The position numbers and the translations under genes are program-made. This document shows, piece by piece, positions 22,812 through 36,833 of a stretch of DNA of 64,000 nt (position 1 is the stretch's first letter; every line of letters starts with the position of its first letter). Location: NCBI GenBank assembly GCA_965112735.1, contig OZ218953.1, positions 3,534,001 through 3,598,000 on the forward strand, given 5' to 3'. The notes under the pieces were generated by a model. The model did not search any database, was not told where the DNA came from, and worked only from the letters and a program-made list of their open reading frames with translations. Source of the DNA: Phaeosaccion multiseriatum. Its lineage: Eukaryota; Protista; Ochrophyta, other classes.

Positions 22812-25800
22812 ATGATCGTTCCCATCGAAGCGGCCACGCCCCCCAAATCTCGCTTCAAGAAGGTCACAGACAAGAAGAGCGGCAAGCCCTACTGGTTTGA
22901 CAGGGACACGAAGGAAACCTTCTGGTAAGAGCGAAGAAGGGGAAAGTTCATGAAGAAGTGACGCAATCAGGAGATCACTACAAAACGCATTTTGTCCTTC
23001 GCTCCGACTACTCCGTTCTTCTTGCGTCACGAGGCACAGCCTCTGACCATAGCCCCTCTCCTTCGCCGTCCGAGAAGCCTTGTCCCGCTTGACGCCCCTT
23101 TCCCTCCCTCCCATCCTGCCCTGTCCACCCTTCTCTACATGCAATGCTGCGATGCCTCTCTTGGGCGCTCCAGGACGGATCCCGAGGCCCCTCAGAAACG
23201 GCAGCAGCAGCCGCCGCAGCGGCAGCAGCAGCCACCTGCCGTCGATCCTAGACTTCGGAGAAAACGTGAGTTTGTAAGGGAGTGAGTGACTACTCTGGGT
23301 GACTGGGATAGGGCCGCCCTCCAGTAGCAGCAGCTAAGGGTGGCACTGAACCCCCCACCTCTTGACTGCTCCCTCCTCCTGAAACCCCAGTGTACGGACT
23401 CCCTCCCTCTCGATGCGAGGCCCTGGGCGCCCCAGAATGTGCCTCTGTGTGGTGGCCTCGTCCTGAGGTCGAGGATGGACGTGAGGATCAAGGCCAGGGC
23501 CAGGGCCAAAGCCAGAGCCAGGATGGTCCGCGCAAGGCAAAGCTTCTTGGCTACAAGGTGAAGAGGTACCGCTTCGACCAGGAGGGAGAGGGCGTGATGA
23601 AGGGCGAGTGGCGGCTCAAGGGGGAACTGTCCGTGGACGGCGCCGGCTCGCTCAGGACCAAGGTGACGGGCCTGACGAACGGCCTATGCTACCGCTTCAG
23701 CGTGGTGAGCGTGTCCGAAGACGGGCTCAGCGGAGAGAGCCCCTTCTCCAACCCCGTGCGCCCTGCGGAGCTATTGCCAGACGGGTAAGTGCTTGAGGGC
23801 GTCCGTGAGGGTGTGCATACCGACGACTACGTGTTCCCGCTGCTGAGAGGTGGGGGGCCGCCTCTTTCCTTCCTTTCTTGCTGGTCCCGGGCATCAATCA
23901 GGCCTGTCACCATAGCTGCGGTGCCGAGGAGCCAGAGTACGCTGAGCACTTTCCCTCAAAAAGCGAGCCTTGTCTGTGGTAGTGGGTTGGGTCCCACGAA
24001 TGAAGCGAGCACTCATTCACTCCACGTCTGCTGCCTTTGTTCACTTTTGGCAGGTGGCAGGAAGTGATTGATTCGTCGACGCACAAGCTCTTCTACAGGA
24101 ACGTCAAGACGCAGCAGGTAGGTACATTCCGTCACGGCTCTGATGTTTCGCTTATGCTCACCCCCTCGAGTCCCTCCGTCTCCCTCCCTCAATGTTGTTG
24201 TTGTGTGTGCGTGTGTGCATGCACAACTCAAGGTTAGCGCCACCCGTCCCCAAGAAAACGCCCTCTTTCTTCCCTCAGAGCTCTTCCTCACCTTCCGTCC
24301 TGAGGAGACGGACACCATTACCTCCACTTTCAAAGAGGTGAGAATGGGGAAATGAGCAATGGGCGACGCTTGTACTACCAACACGCGCACAAGCTGTGAC
24401 GACACCACGGGAGGACGTCGTGAAGAAATGTCTCCCTCACAACATCGCATAACTCTGTCTCCCTCTCACGCTCCTACCCTACTCTGTCCCTAACCCATCT
24501 GCCTGTCCCACTCTCCCTATTCCTGCGCCGTAATCTCTCATATCGCCGCCACCACTCACCCCTCGAACCCACCCCCCCTCCCCCCCCTTCAGCGGAACCA
24601 CATCAACGGTGGAGGCGGCTTGACTCTGGTGGACTTCATGGAGATTCTTCCCTCTCTTGGGGAGCGGATGAGTCGCAATGGCTGCATAGAGCTCCTGGAG
24701 GCACAGGGGGTCAAGTTCAGCCGAGACAAGAAGAAAGTCTCACCAAAGGAGGCAGAACGGCCGCAGGTGAGGAGGAGGGAGGGTGGGAAGCAGGGAAGCA
24801 AGGAAGCAGGGAAGCAGGATGGATGGATGGATGGATGGATGGATGGAGGGAAAATGGCGGGCAAGAGTAGACGGCTTCCTCCTTCTCCCTCGATTTGCCT
24901 CAACTCTTTCCTTCCCTGCCGTCTCCCCCCCTCCCCCCCCCGCCCATCCATTTACATCCCTTCATCCTCTCCAGCTGAGCCTGATACACTTCGCCGGCGC
25001 TCTGTCCGACATCAAGGCCAAGCGCGCACGGAGGTCTATGCCTGTGCGGGCCTTGGCATGTTGGTGAGTAGGCACGTACGCACAGAAAGCTGTTACAGAA
25101 TATGCTCTCCCTTGTCCTGTTGTAGGTGTGCGTGCGAATGAATGCCTTATCCTGTGTGCGCGTGTGTGTGCGTGCGTGTGTGCCTGTGTGTGTGTGTGTG
25201 TGCAGCTTCGCTCACTGCACGACACACGTGTCTACACGGGGCCTGGTCGCGTCGGAGGCTGTGAAGATGGGAGACTGGACCAAGCAAAAACATCCCGTGA
25301 GTGTCAGTTCCAATTCAGTGGCTCCTCCTTTGTCTTCAGAGTTGCGGATTTGACTCCTTTTGGGACCATGTTGGCACAGAAGCAAGCGAGGATCCGACAT
25401 AGGTTCGGGTCGATATTGTCATGGTCTGAAACTGAAACGGAACCCCTTCGCCGAACCTCCGCTGCTCTGCGCGCATGCGCTGCCCTGTCCGCCTCTCCGT
25501 CCTCTCACCCCTCACCCCTCATGGCCTCTCCACGCCCCTCTCTACCTCTCCCTCCCTCCCCTCCCCCTGCGCAGGTCATCAAGAAGATGTTCTTCATCAA
25601 CTCCGTCACAGGGGAGACGAGCTGGAAGGTGCCCAATGGTGCGTGCGTGTGTGAGTGCGTGCGTATGTGCGTGCGTGTCTCTGACGATGGCAGTCGATGC
25701 CCCTGTCCCTAGTATTGTCTCAAGCCGTGTTGGGTCGCTGGCTGTTCTCTCCGTGTATTTGGTTTGGCTTATCACCACCTGCCGTGGCTGGGTACCGACG

Positions 25801-25888
25801 CTCTCTGCAGATGTAAAGTTCTTCATCAACGACCGCTTGAGGGCGGAGCTGCTCAAGGCCTTCAGCGAGGACGATATTGAGAACTTCA

Positions 25889-25975
<87 letters not shown>

Positions 25976-27654
25976 CATGTATGTGTGTGTGTGGGTGTGC
26001 GTGCGTGTGCGTGCGTGTGTGTGTGTGTGTGTGTATGTGTGCGTATCGCCACACCGAGGGAGGGCCTTCACATGAGAGCGCGTCCTGCCCTGTCCTGCCC
26101 AATCCTGTTCTGGCCCTCGCCCTCACCCTCACGCTTACCCTCATACTCACCCTCACCCTCACCCTCACCGTACCCTTGCCTCCTGTCTCTATGACGCCCT
26201 GCTCACGATCTGCCCACAGACGCAATTCGACAAGATGGACCTGGACGGGAACGGCTCTGTGGATGTGGAGGAGCTCGGCATCCTGTGCAGGGCCTTTGGA
26301 GAGGTGACCACCAAAGCCAGGCTAAGGGCCATGATGCGAGAGGTGGACCAGGACGGCAGGTGGGGCAGCGCAGGAAAGGAAGGGGATGGATGGATGGATT
26401 GAGGGAGGGAGGGAGGGAGGGAGGGAGGGAGGGAGGGAGGGAGGGAGGGAGGGAGGGAGGGAGGGAGGGAGGGAGGGAGGGAGGGAGGGAGGGAGGGAGG
26501 GAGGGAGGGAGGGAGGGAGGGAGAGTCGCCCCTCTTGGTCGGTCCCTGTTGCATGTACGGTCGCTCGAGCCCTCTGGGCCCCTCAATCTTGTCCGCTCCA
26601 TGTGCGTGCGTTTGCGTGTGCGTGTGTGCGTGTGCGTGTGTGTGCGCGTGCCCTCTCAGCGGAGCGGTCGACTTCGACGAGTTCTTGTCGCTCATGCTTG
26701 CCGTGAGCAAGGGAAAGGTACGTACGCAAGGCCCATCACTTCCATCACTTCCATCACTTCCATCACTTCCATCACTTCCATCACTTCCATCACTTCCATC
26801 ACTTCATCGCTTCATCCCTTCATCGCTTCACGCTTCCTTCGCTTCATCGCCGAGCAGCGTGGCACCATTCCCACCTAGCTCGTCAGTCTCTGTCATCTTT
26901 TTCTCCAACGCCCATGCCCTGCCATTCTATCCACCACGCGAACATCACCAACCTACCAACCAACCAACCAACCAACCAACCAACGAACGAACGAACCACC
27001 TAACCCCTCTCTACAGGCGTCTCTGGGGTGGGGGCGGGTCAAAGCACAGGTGGAGGAGTTGCCCCTCTCGCAGCGAGACGAGGCGGGGGGAGGCGAGCAG
27101 CAGGGTGGGGGTCACTCGTTCTCGGGGCGCATGGGCGATTTGCGACACCAGCTGCAGCTCGAGAAGGACCGTGCAGAGAGGGGCAGCGGCGGATTGGGGG
27201 GGGGGGATAGGCCTAGGCGCAAGAAGCTGCCCCACGGGAAGGCCTGCGTCTGCGGGTGCAGGTGCGTCGGGGGGGCTTACGTGAGCGTACGTGAGCACGG
27301 CGTGAGACTGGCTCGGGGCGCAAGGGTTTCAGCTTCGGGGTGTTGTATTCGACCATGGGCAGACTCTCATTGGCGTTGGCTGCTTCTCTACACCCGGAGG
27401 GATTGTATTGTTTCTCCCTCACTCCGACACATAGCTAGCTGGAAACCTTCCCTCTCTCCTCTCCTGTCCTCGTCTCATCTCCCTCCCTCTCTGCGTGCGT
27501 GCATGCGTCTATGTTGTGTATGTGTGTGTGTGTGTTCGTCTGTGCGTTTAGGGCGGATGTGGAAGCCGTGAAGAAGATGGAGGCGAAGAAACGAGAAGCG
27601 GCGAGTCACAACGTCAAAGACTCTCTCTTGAAGACGAGGCGCGGCGGGGGCTGA
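22812..27654 (+). CDS. Multi-exon WW - FN3 - WW - degenerate EF - WW - EF-hand pair protein with C-terminal HxxxCxCGCR motif
   Basis: WW: KVTDKKSGKPYWFDRDTKETFWTDP, GWQEVIDSSTHKLFYRNVKTQQVS, GDWTKQKHP..KMFFINSVTGETSWKVP. FN3: VWWPRP..GYKVKRY..VTGLTNGLCYRFSVVSVSEDGLSGES. EF loops: DLDGNGSVDVEE and DQDGSGAVDFDE. Some internal exon boundaries were not fully resolved. Confidence 0.8.
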
Positions 27655-28737
27655 CGGCTTAGAGCTGAGGCCCTGACCCCTACTGCTCTCTTTGAGTATT
27701 CCACAAACGCCCCCCTCCAGCCACCACGCACACACGCACACACCACATCGCGATGGGCGCGCAGACTTCTCGGCAAGACCCTGGGCCCCGCCGCCCTGCC
27801 GCCGCTGCTCGCCCTCTTGGATCGGCCCCCTTGCTTCGGCCCCCTTGCTTCGGCCCCCTCGGGTCGGTCCAGTTGACCTCGGCTGACGTCACGCTGTATG
27901 TGTTGCTGGGCTCCCCGTCTTCCCCTCCCCAGAGCGCTTCGTCTCGATTTCTACGGGTGGTAGCAGCATTGAGGTCGCAAGGGCTGGGTGAGGAGAACAG
28001 CGGTGAGCAGCAGCCTGCAGCAATACGTGTACGTGGAACTTCTGTGGCCTCTGTGGACGCATTTATGCTCAAGGCTCCCTTTCCATTATACACAGTAGCA
28101 GCACCGTCTGGGTGGGTCGAGGAGTGCATAGTGCATCGAGAGACGAGAGAAAGCCTCGGCGTGGGCGCTGCTGCAACTCACACCACCTCCTCCCTGGTGC
28201 CCCAATGTGCTGTTGGGGAGAGAGAGAAAGTTAATGCAACGCCCACCTTTGGTCTGCAGTGAAAAGGCAGATGAGAGAGAGGGAGAGAGAGAGAGAGAGA
28301 GGAGACAAATAATTGATTTGTTTATGATGTATCCTCACCCCCTATGACACACGCACTGCACTGAGGTCTATTGCTCCACTCCGCTACTTCACTGCCGCAC
28401 GGCTCCGAAGCCAAGCCTCCGCCCCTTCCATGGTACTGTGGTAGGGTACGGGCCTCGGCTCGGAGTCCACGCTGCTCCACATATATACTGACACACCATG
28501 CAGACTCGCCCTCCTGACCTGCCCTCGACGCCATGCAGACTCGCCCTTCTGACTGCTCTCGGGGCCGAGAAACACGACGGCCTGGTCTGTCTGCTCTCCC
28601 TTCGTCGTCTCCGACTGGGCGCGTTGTAGCTCATGCTCCTCCCCCCCACCCACCCCCCGTCCCCTCCCCTCCCCTCCCCCCCCACACACCTTTTCTTTTC
28701 TCTTTGAGGACCTCCGTCGTGTCGAAATTGCCGATGC

Positions 28738-28773
<36 letters not shown>

Positions 28774-29110
28774 AGAGGTTCAGTTTCAGTTTCGTCTCTA
28801 TTCGCAGGGGGGCTCTCGACCCCTTCGCTGTTGCCGCGACTCCTTCGCTCCAGAGCCCCCAACCTTTCCCCTCCTCCCCTTCGCCCCCCCCCCCCCTGCT
28901 TCCAACTCTGTAGGTCCCACCGTTGCTTTGCCATCACTGCCAATTGCCAGTGTGTGCTCCCCTGGTCTCTTTTCGGCCCCAGCCTTGCCAAAGCAAAGCC
29001 CCCCCCCTTGCCTCCTGCTGCCCCCGCCCTGCTCGAACAAAACACACCCAAAACAAAATCACAAAATCACCAAATCACCAAGAACTCCCCTCCTCAGCTC
29101 ACGCTGTGCT

Positions 29111-29948
29111 TCAGCTGACGCTGTGCTGCTGCCTGGACAGATAGGCCTCCCTCTCCTGCAAGCTTCGCCCCGCCAACCATTCCTCCGTGGCCCTCTTGGC
29201 CCGGTCGCTGGAGCTGCGGATGCTCTGCTCAGCGTGCGATACGAGAGCCTCGTCCATATGACGATACAACCCCTCCAACACCGCCGCAAAGGCCGCTTCC
29301 TCATCCTCCTCATCCTTGTGGTACTCTTCCTTCTCCTTCGCGTCCTCCTCCCCCACCCCCCCCTTTTCCTCTTCTTCCTCCCCTCCCTCCTCCACCCCCT
29401 CGCTCCCCTTGTGCGCGTGCGTCTGCGACCCGTCGCTCCCCTTCAGCTTCTTCTTGGCCCCGCCCAGCTCCTTGCCAAGTGGCGCATTCTCCTTGCCCAG
29501 GACCATTCCTTGTCCCCCCCTTCCGCCCCCCCGCCCAGCTACCTTGGCCCAGCACCTGGTTTGCTGCGGTATCTGCCTTGCCTCCTCCTTCAGTTGAGAC
29601 CTGAGTGCCTTGGGCTTCTTCGTCGTCCGAGGAGAAGCAGAAGCACAAGCAGCAGTAGCAGTAGCAGTAGCAGCAGCTGGGGCAATAATGCCTGCGATGT
29701 CTACGATATCTGTGAGGTCTTCGGGAAGGCCGCCCGCCGTTTGTGCAGTGAGCATCCCTTCCCTCTGCAGCCGCCTTGCCTCCTGAAGGACTTCCTTCCT
29801 GTTGTCCTGCTCCTCCTCCCCCCCGCCATCCCCTCCCCTTCCGTTAGGCCCAGCTGGAGCTGCCAAATCGCCCACAATGAAGCAGCGATACCGTTCCGCC
29901 CGCGAAGCAGCAAACCACGCCATCTGGTGCTGCATCTGCAAAGCGAAG

Positions 29949-29979
<31 letters not shown>

Positions 29980-29984
29980 ACATG

Positions 29985-30015
<31 letters not shown>

Positions 30016-31116
30016 CGCCGCGAAAGCCCCTGCCCTGCTGCCCTTGCTGCTGCTGCTGACCGCGGGCAGGGTGGCCTTGGTGAATGGGCTGATTGGGCTG
30101 GTGGTGCCGACCGGCCTGGCGGCTGAGGGGGCGTGGGGGGGGTGAGCGACTGAGTGTGTGGAAGCGAGTCGGAGAGTGGCTGAGGGACTGGTGCTGCTGA
30201 CGCCTCGGCCGCCCTGGGCGCTGAAATGCCGCTGGTGGAGGAGGCGGAGGAGGAGGGGGCGGCGGCGGAGGACCTGGAGGGGAGCCAAAGGCGAGGATGG
30301 GCTGCTGTATCCCCATCTGCTGGGGAGGCAGCTGCGGGGTCGGAGGGCCGCCCTGCTGCGCACCTTTCCGGCAGAAAGGCATAGCCGACGAGGGGACTTC
30401 TGCCCCTCCTCTCCCCCTCACTGGCGAAGGGCCCGGCTGCTGCTGCTGCTGCTGCTGCATCTGTTGCATAGTCAAGTACTGCTGCTGTTGTTGCTGCTGC
30501 TGTTGTTGCTGCTGCTGAGACGGAAAGGGGGCGAATGCCAAGGGGCCACTACCCCCCCTCCCGTCAATGCTGCTGCTGCTGCTGCTGCCGTTGCTGCTAC
30601 CGTTGCTGCTGCCGTTGCTGCTGCCGTTGTCATTATCGCTGCCACTGGTGCAAATGCTCGTGCTTCGCGTGCGACACTTGACGTCCGCAGCGCCCCCCCC
30701 CTGAAGGCCGCACGAGGGGCCTGTGGAGGTGCTTGTACAGCAGCAGGCGCCTGTGCAGCAGCAGGGCAACATGTGCATGACCTTCTCGAAGGCAGAGGGG
30801 CCCTCTCCTCCCCCCACCCCTCCTGTTTGCCCTGCCTGCCCTGCTTGCGGAAGAAAGTGCCCCCCCTGGCCAGAGCCAGTGGGCGCGTGAAGGTTCCCCC
30901 TGGGACTCACCAAGTCATTAAGGCCGCCCGGAGGAAGGCCCCTGCCCTCGTGCTGCTGCTGGATGGGAAAGTGGTTGTGTGGCTGGTTCTGCTGGTGCTG
31001 CTGCTGCGGCTGGTACTGGTGCTGCTGGTGCTGCTGCTGCTGGTGCCGCTGCAGCTCAAAGGGCCGTTGAAAGTGAACATGCTGTTGCTGGTACTGTTGG
31101 TGGTGGTGCTGGTGCA

Positions 31117-31154
<38 letters not shown>

Positions 31155-32425
31155 CTTGGCGACGGACACACAACCTGCGCCCACGCCCCCCGACGGGCTT
31201 CCTCCTGCCCCTGCTCATGGCACAAAAAGCCAGCCGAAGGGGACGGGGGAGAGGACGGGGGACCGGGCTGACCAGAGGGCCCCATCCGCTGGGCAGGGGC
31301 ATCCCGGAGGGACGCAGACGCGGGTCCAGACAGGCAAGGGGCGGAGGCGAAAGAATGCGCCAGTGAAGGCGGCGCTCCTCCTTCCCGACAAGGGCACTCC
31401 GAAACGTCCCTCTGCTGCGTGTGCTGCTGCAAAGGCATGGGCGGCTCCATCGGCCGACATTGCGGCTGCAGGTAGGGCGCCATCTGTTGCGGCGGGTGTA
31501 GCACCAAGCCGGTTGGCAGGGGTCGTAGCTGCAGCCCCGCCAGCCCCGCCGCGAGCTCCGCCTCCGTCGCACCCCCCTGCCCCCCCCCCCCCGTCGCGAG
31601 CTCTCCCGCCCACTCCCTGCCTCTCCTCCTCCCCCGACTCATCCCTTGCTCGTACTCTTCCTGCTCCTCCCGGCCCTCTTCCCCCCCCTCTCTCCTATTA
31701 GGTGTTGCACTTGCGGCGAACCTCCCAGCAGGAGAAGTCGCGGTGGAGGGGGGCGTGACACTGGAAGTCATCATAGGGGAGGCCATTGTCGACCCCGCCA
31801 TCCCAGGGCACTGGATCGATATTCTGGAAGGCAGGCAGGAGGGAGACTGGCGGGGGAAAGGTTTGTCATCGTCTCCCCTGCCGTTGCTGCTGCGACTACT
31901 ACTACTATTACTAGACCGACTCTGCTTCGTCATTTGTTTCTTCGGCCCCTCCGCGGGCTCCAGGCTCTGTCCTCTGCCGCTGTCCTTCCGCGGCCGCCGT
32001 GGACTCTTCCGCCTCTTCCCCCGGCCCCCTTCCCCCCCCCCTCCCGCCTCACCATCCACATCCACTCTTCTACCGCAAGGCTCCCTAGCTGAGTCGGGAA
32101 CCCTGGGAGACTTCGATCCCGAGCCCCTCCCCCGATCTGTGAAGGCCTCCGCTTCCCGGCTACTGGTACTGCTGCTGCTGCTGCTGCTGCTGCGGCTTGG
32201 TTTGGGCGAATTACCAAGTTGAAGGCCTTCGCTTTCTCGCCCCCGTCCCTCCTTTCGAACGCTCTCTGCTCCGACACTCGAAGCAACCAAGTTTCCTGCG
32301 CCGCGGCTGCGGCTCCTGCTGCGGTCATTCCGACCTCCGCCAGCGGAAATGGCAGCGCTCACCGCTGATGTTGCCTCTCCGAGAACTGTGGCGCCCCTCC
32401 CTCTCGGCATACAGCCCTTACCCAT
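29111..32425 (-). CDS. Large low-complexity (polyQ/S/P/G) protein of unknown function, 1104 aa, apparently a single exon
   Basis: 3.3-kb uninterrupted ORF with an ATG. In-frame trinucleotide tracts and a helical-looking C-terminus. No recognisable domain. Confidence 0.6.
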
Positions 32426-33063
32426 GGCCTTCGCGCCTACACCCCAGACTCCGCGTGGAGAAGGAGGGAGCTCTGCGCTCCTCTTGTGTGCCCTGTCAAA
32501 ATCCTCCCCCCCACCCCGCTCATCGATCCCCCCTCATCTGAGGAACGTTGTGACGAAGGGTGTTTTTTCGGGCCCAACAAGAAGGGGCCAGTTATAATGG
32601 CCGGTTTGTGTGTGGCTGTGCGGTGTCCTGGACGCTCCTCTGCGGTCTGCGCCTCTGACGGCCAAGGGAGGGAAGAGAGGGCACACAATTTCCGTCGCTA
32701 TAAATCACAAACGGGAAGGGTAAGTGAGGTTGTTCAGTTTGAGTTCCAGGTTGCTGCCGGGTTGCAAAAAAAAAATACGTTTCCGCATACGTAATAAGGA
32801 CGTCAGCAAAAATATCAATCAAAGGAGGAGGAGGAGGAGGAGGAGGAGGAGGAGGAGGAGGAGGAGGAGGAGGAAGAGGAGGAGAGGAGAGGGGTAGAGA
32901 AGGAGGGGTTCCAGCGAGAGATATCAAAATTTTGATTGTTATGACTGACTGACTGACTGGTGTAAATTATCTCAATATCGTATCGTTCATGACATAGGAT
33001 CTCTCCCCTACATGTGTCTCTGATCGCTGAGAAAAGCCTACCCTACGCAGTTTGGGGAACTGC

Positions 33064-36000
33064 CTACTCGTAATGCTGCGAGAGAATGGCGTTGTCCATG
33101 GCGAATTCGCTGCGAGACAAGCCGTGAACGAGCAGGCAAGCAAGGAAGGGGAAGGGGAGAGTGCGGGGTGGGTGGAGTGGTGAGAAACGGCACTGGCGAC
33201 TGGCGACTGGAGACTGGCGACTGGAGAAAAGCATACAACCCCCTCCCCCTTCACCTTTCGGTTTTGGCTACTCACATTTGCGACTCGCCACCGCTGACTC
33301 CGAACTTGACGGGGCGAGAGTTGTTGCTGACCGTGCCCGTGACACTGCAGCGTGATGGCTCCCTGGTCACTCTGCAGCCCATCCATCCGAACACCTGGAA
33401 GTCGCCACCGTCCTGCTGGATGAAGATAGACACTTCTCTCTCCGCGTTCACCCCACCGTCGTCCCCCGTCGTCCACAGTTCTGCCGAGAAGGTGAATTTC
33501 TCTCCGAGCGCAACGTCGTCGCGAGTTTGGTAGGCCTGGATCTTCCATGTCTGAGGAGAGTTGCTCAAGCCCGTGGGGCGGAATTGGAGATGTTCCACGG
33601 CGAAAATCGACGCCGTGACGTCGTCATTGGTAAAAGTAGTCCAACCGTCCAGGCCAGCGTCCTGCGAACGGAAAAAAAAAAAAAAAAAAAAAAAAATCAG
33701 GCAGAGGACAGAGCAAACAAGGGCGAGGTGGGAGTGTGGGAGTCAGAGCGAGAGGAGGATAGCCGCGGCAGGGAGGTTTGGAGAGAAGAGGAATGAGGAG
33801 CTGGAGGCGAGAGCAGGTGATGAATTAATATTCTCGTGGAGCTACCCCACCACCGACGCTCCATCCTGAGTCGCCTACTTACGAGGTCGGGATTCTCGAG
33901 GAGGTTGTTTGTGACGAGAAGAGCAGACTGCACAAGAACACCATTTTGTTCCCCCCCAGCGCCGAGCCCGAAGTTGGTGGGACTGCTGGCGTCGGTGACG
34001 ACTGAACAAAGGAGCGGGGCAGACGGAGGGGGGTGGGGGGTGAGTTCAAGGCCATCACCGGAGGGAGGGAAACAGAGAAGAGAGGGGAGGAGAGAGGAGT
34101 TCCACATGAGCACTCACCGCCGGAGACGGAGCAGCGTGACCACGAGTCGTCAACAATTTGACATCGGTGAGATCCGTACGAGTACCAGCCGCCTCCGCTT
34201 TGTTGGATGTACGCCAGCACAGATCGATCGCCCGAAACGCTCCTAACCATGAAGGAGAGCCAAAAGCGCTGGCCCTCGTTGGCCCATAGTTGTTGTGACA
34301 GCTGCAGAGACGGAGAGTGGGCCAAAGGCAGGTGGACAGAGAGAGAGAGAGAGAGAGCGAGAGGGAAAAGGGGGGGGGGGTGAGAAGATTTGTGAGGACA
34401 CCGGAACAGAAGGGCAGCAAAGGACGTCAGGAACAGTAATGCCCTGGTGATGCTTTCTCCTCCTCCTCCTCCTCCTTCCCCCCTCCCTCTCTCTCTCTCT
34501 CGCCTACCCACCTGGCTGTGCCAATCCTCGCCGGCCTCCTGGATGTCGAACCTGTGATGGTGGTGATACAAATATGTTAGTGGCCCTGCCGTTACGTCTC
34601 GGAGCTTGACATGGCCCAAGACTCGCAACCTACCTGACGTTTCCCCCCTGAGGGCTGACGTTGTTGGCGTCATTTGGCCCGTTGAAGGTGTTCCATCCAT
34701 TCAGGCCTTCCGAGAAGTCGGGGTTCACGAGCAGATTCTTGCCCTTGTTGTAGATAGGAGGCTCGTAGATGCGAACCCAGTCAACCTCCATCGTAGCTGG
34801 GAAAATGTTGGGATCAATACCCTTCTGCCCCCCCCTGCAGATTGAGGAGAAGCGAGAAAACAAACAGCACAGGGCAGGGAGCGAGCAAGAGCAAGAAATT
34901 CGTGAACAAATTGAGTGAGAAGGCAGCGTGGGCTGAGTGTTGATAAGGAACAAGACCGAGCGCAGACTGCACCTCTCCTCTGCCCCTCACCACTTACCAC
35001 TCGCCCCCGATGGCAATGTTGATGATGAGATAAAAAGTGTTCTCGTCGGTGAAAGGCCAAGTCGCGAGGTCGTCTTCGTGATCGTTGTTGTAGTACATAT
35101 GCGGCAGGTGGTCATCCACAGAAGCTTGGACGCCATGGGGGGTCCACTGCATTCTGTACGTGTGCATCTCAGACTCCGCGGAGGGTAGATCGAGATCTCC
35201 ATTGGCCTCCACCCCTGTTGAGGGAGAGGGAGGGAGAGGCGGAAATGATGAGGGAGGGTGCTTATCGTTGATTCAGATGTCCAGTTGAGAAGGAGAAAGC
35301 CGGCCCGAACCTGCCTCAGGTTGGGCAGGGTTGGACGCGAAGAGCTCACACACAACACACAAATACCAATTGCACACACCCAACTCCTCGTTCCCTCCCC
35401 CCTCCCCCCCCACCCACCAACACACCTTGTCCGTCCACCCAGAACTTGCGGAAATTTGTCTGATTTGGGGGGGGGGGGGTGTAGAGGAGTAGAGGAGGAG
35501 AAGCAAGAATTGGCGGAATGAAGGAATGCGGGAGAAGAGAAGATGGGGCCAAAAGCGGCATACTAGAAGTTAGAGGACTGCTCGTGGAAGTGCAACAAGC
35601 AAGAAGGCCGCCAACCTTGCCCACCGCCCCCCACCCGCACACAGACATACCTCTGTGCAATGGGCCGAAGCCTTCACCTCATCCGGGTCATAGCCCACGT
35701 GCTCCATAATATCAAGTTCGCCGCTGGCAGGCCAGTCTCCGTATGGTTGCTTGTCTGAGTACATCCAGATCGCAGGCCTGCACAGAAAGAGGAGGTAGCG
35801 GAGCAGCGCATGAGCAAAATTTGGCATTCGGGCCTAACAAACGTCACTTTCATTTTTCCTTTCTCTCTCTCACTCACCAAGTCCCTCTCCCTACGGGAAG
35901 CTTTGCCCTGACCTGTGGAGTGCAAAACGGGTTGGTGGTGCGGATGGTGGTTAGGAGACGACAGGAACAGCGTGAGGAAAGGCCCACTCACCTCCACAGT

Positions 36001-36297
36001 CCCATAGTTTATGTCCACTTTGCCCTGTGTGGAGATGCGAGCCGAAGTGTATCCACTTCCCGACCGCCTTGCCCTCAGAAAGGCCGACCCTTCCTGCACA
36101 AAGCAGTTGCTTGGTGCGCGTGTGTACTGCTGAAGCTCATCGTTCAGGCTGTAGTTGGGATTCTCCCGGTTCCAGCTCTCCTCGTTCAGGGTGTATCCAT
36201 CAAACTCGTCCACAAAAGACAGTCTCTTTCCGCCCTCGCTGGGTTGGACAAGAAGGGCAAGCAGGGCCACCAGGGCGCCATTCACACGGGGAGCCAT
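33064..36297 (-). CDS. Secreted GH16 beta-1,3-glucanase (laminarinase-type) with C-terminal CBM4/9-like modules, multi-exon
   Basis: Signal peptide. Motifs DEFDG, NDELQQYT, YTSARISTQGK..YGTVEVRAKLP, WPAIWM, WPASGELDIMEHVG (intact ExDxxE), HTYRMQWTP, WPF..FYLIINIAIGGEWGG, FPATMEVDWVRIYE, then NLLVNPDFSEGLNGW and NLLENPDL. Confidence 0.9.
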
Positions 36298-36833
36298 CGA
36301 GATACAGAAGGGACGAACAACTTTTTCTCCTCCAGTCCTGCAGCACCCTACAAAGATGTGATGTACTTCACAACCTTTGATGGTCCGGTTTGAACGACAC
36401 GTAAGTGTGTGATAGCATTACGACGTGATCATTCCGGGATTCCTGCTACTGGCCGAAAAGAAGGGTAAATTTTCACACATCGCCTCCGATGGCGGACTGC
36501 GCGGGAATTCAGGCCGGTCATGCTGGGTATAAACGAGGGGCTAATACAATAATGTCGTAATGAGAGCAGAAGTGTGTATGTAGGATGAATTCTACACCTC
36601 CCCAAACGGGTTCTCAGGCTCACTTCTGCACTTGCACACCTCTGCACTTCTGGCCGACGGCTTCGGGCCGCTTGCAGCATCCCTGCAGGCCCCTTCAGCC
36701 TGCCCACTTCTGCCTACCGGTAGCCTGCTACATAAACTGTACGATGGCAAGACCCGACGCCGGAAACCATGCCCATTCTCACTATTGCACCTTGCACCTT
36801 GCACCTCCCTCTACAAGTGAAGATCGTCAATCG

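Noticed and set aside
26733-26783. 9-bp tandem arrays (also at 19930-20085 and 49944-49988) considered as CRISPR-like or coding repeats
   Set aside because: No spacers; simple intronic minisatellites.
27680-28262. Overlapping 150-170 aa ORFs between the WW/EF gene and the 1104-aa ORF
   Set aside because: No motifs or convincing splice linkage, so I cannot support a gene.
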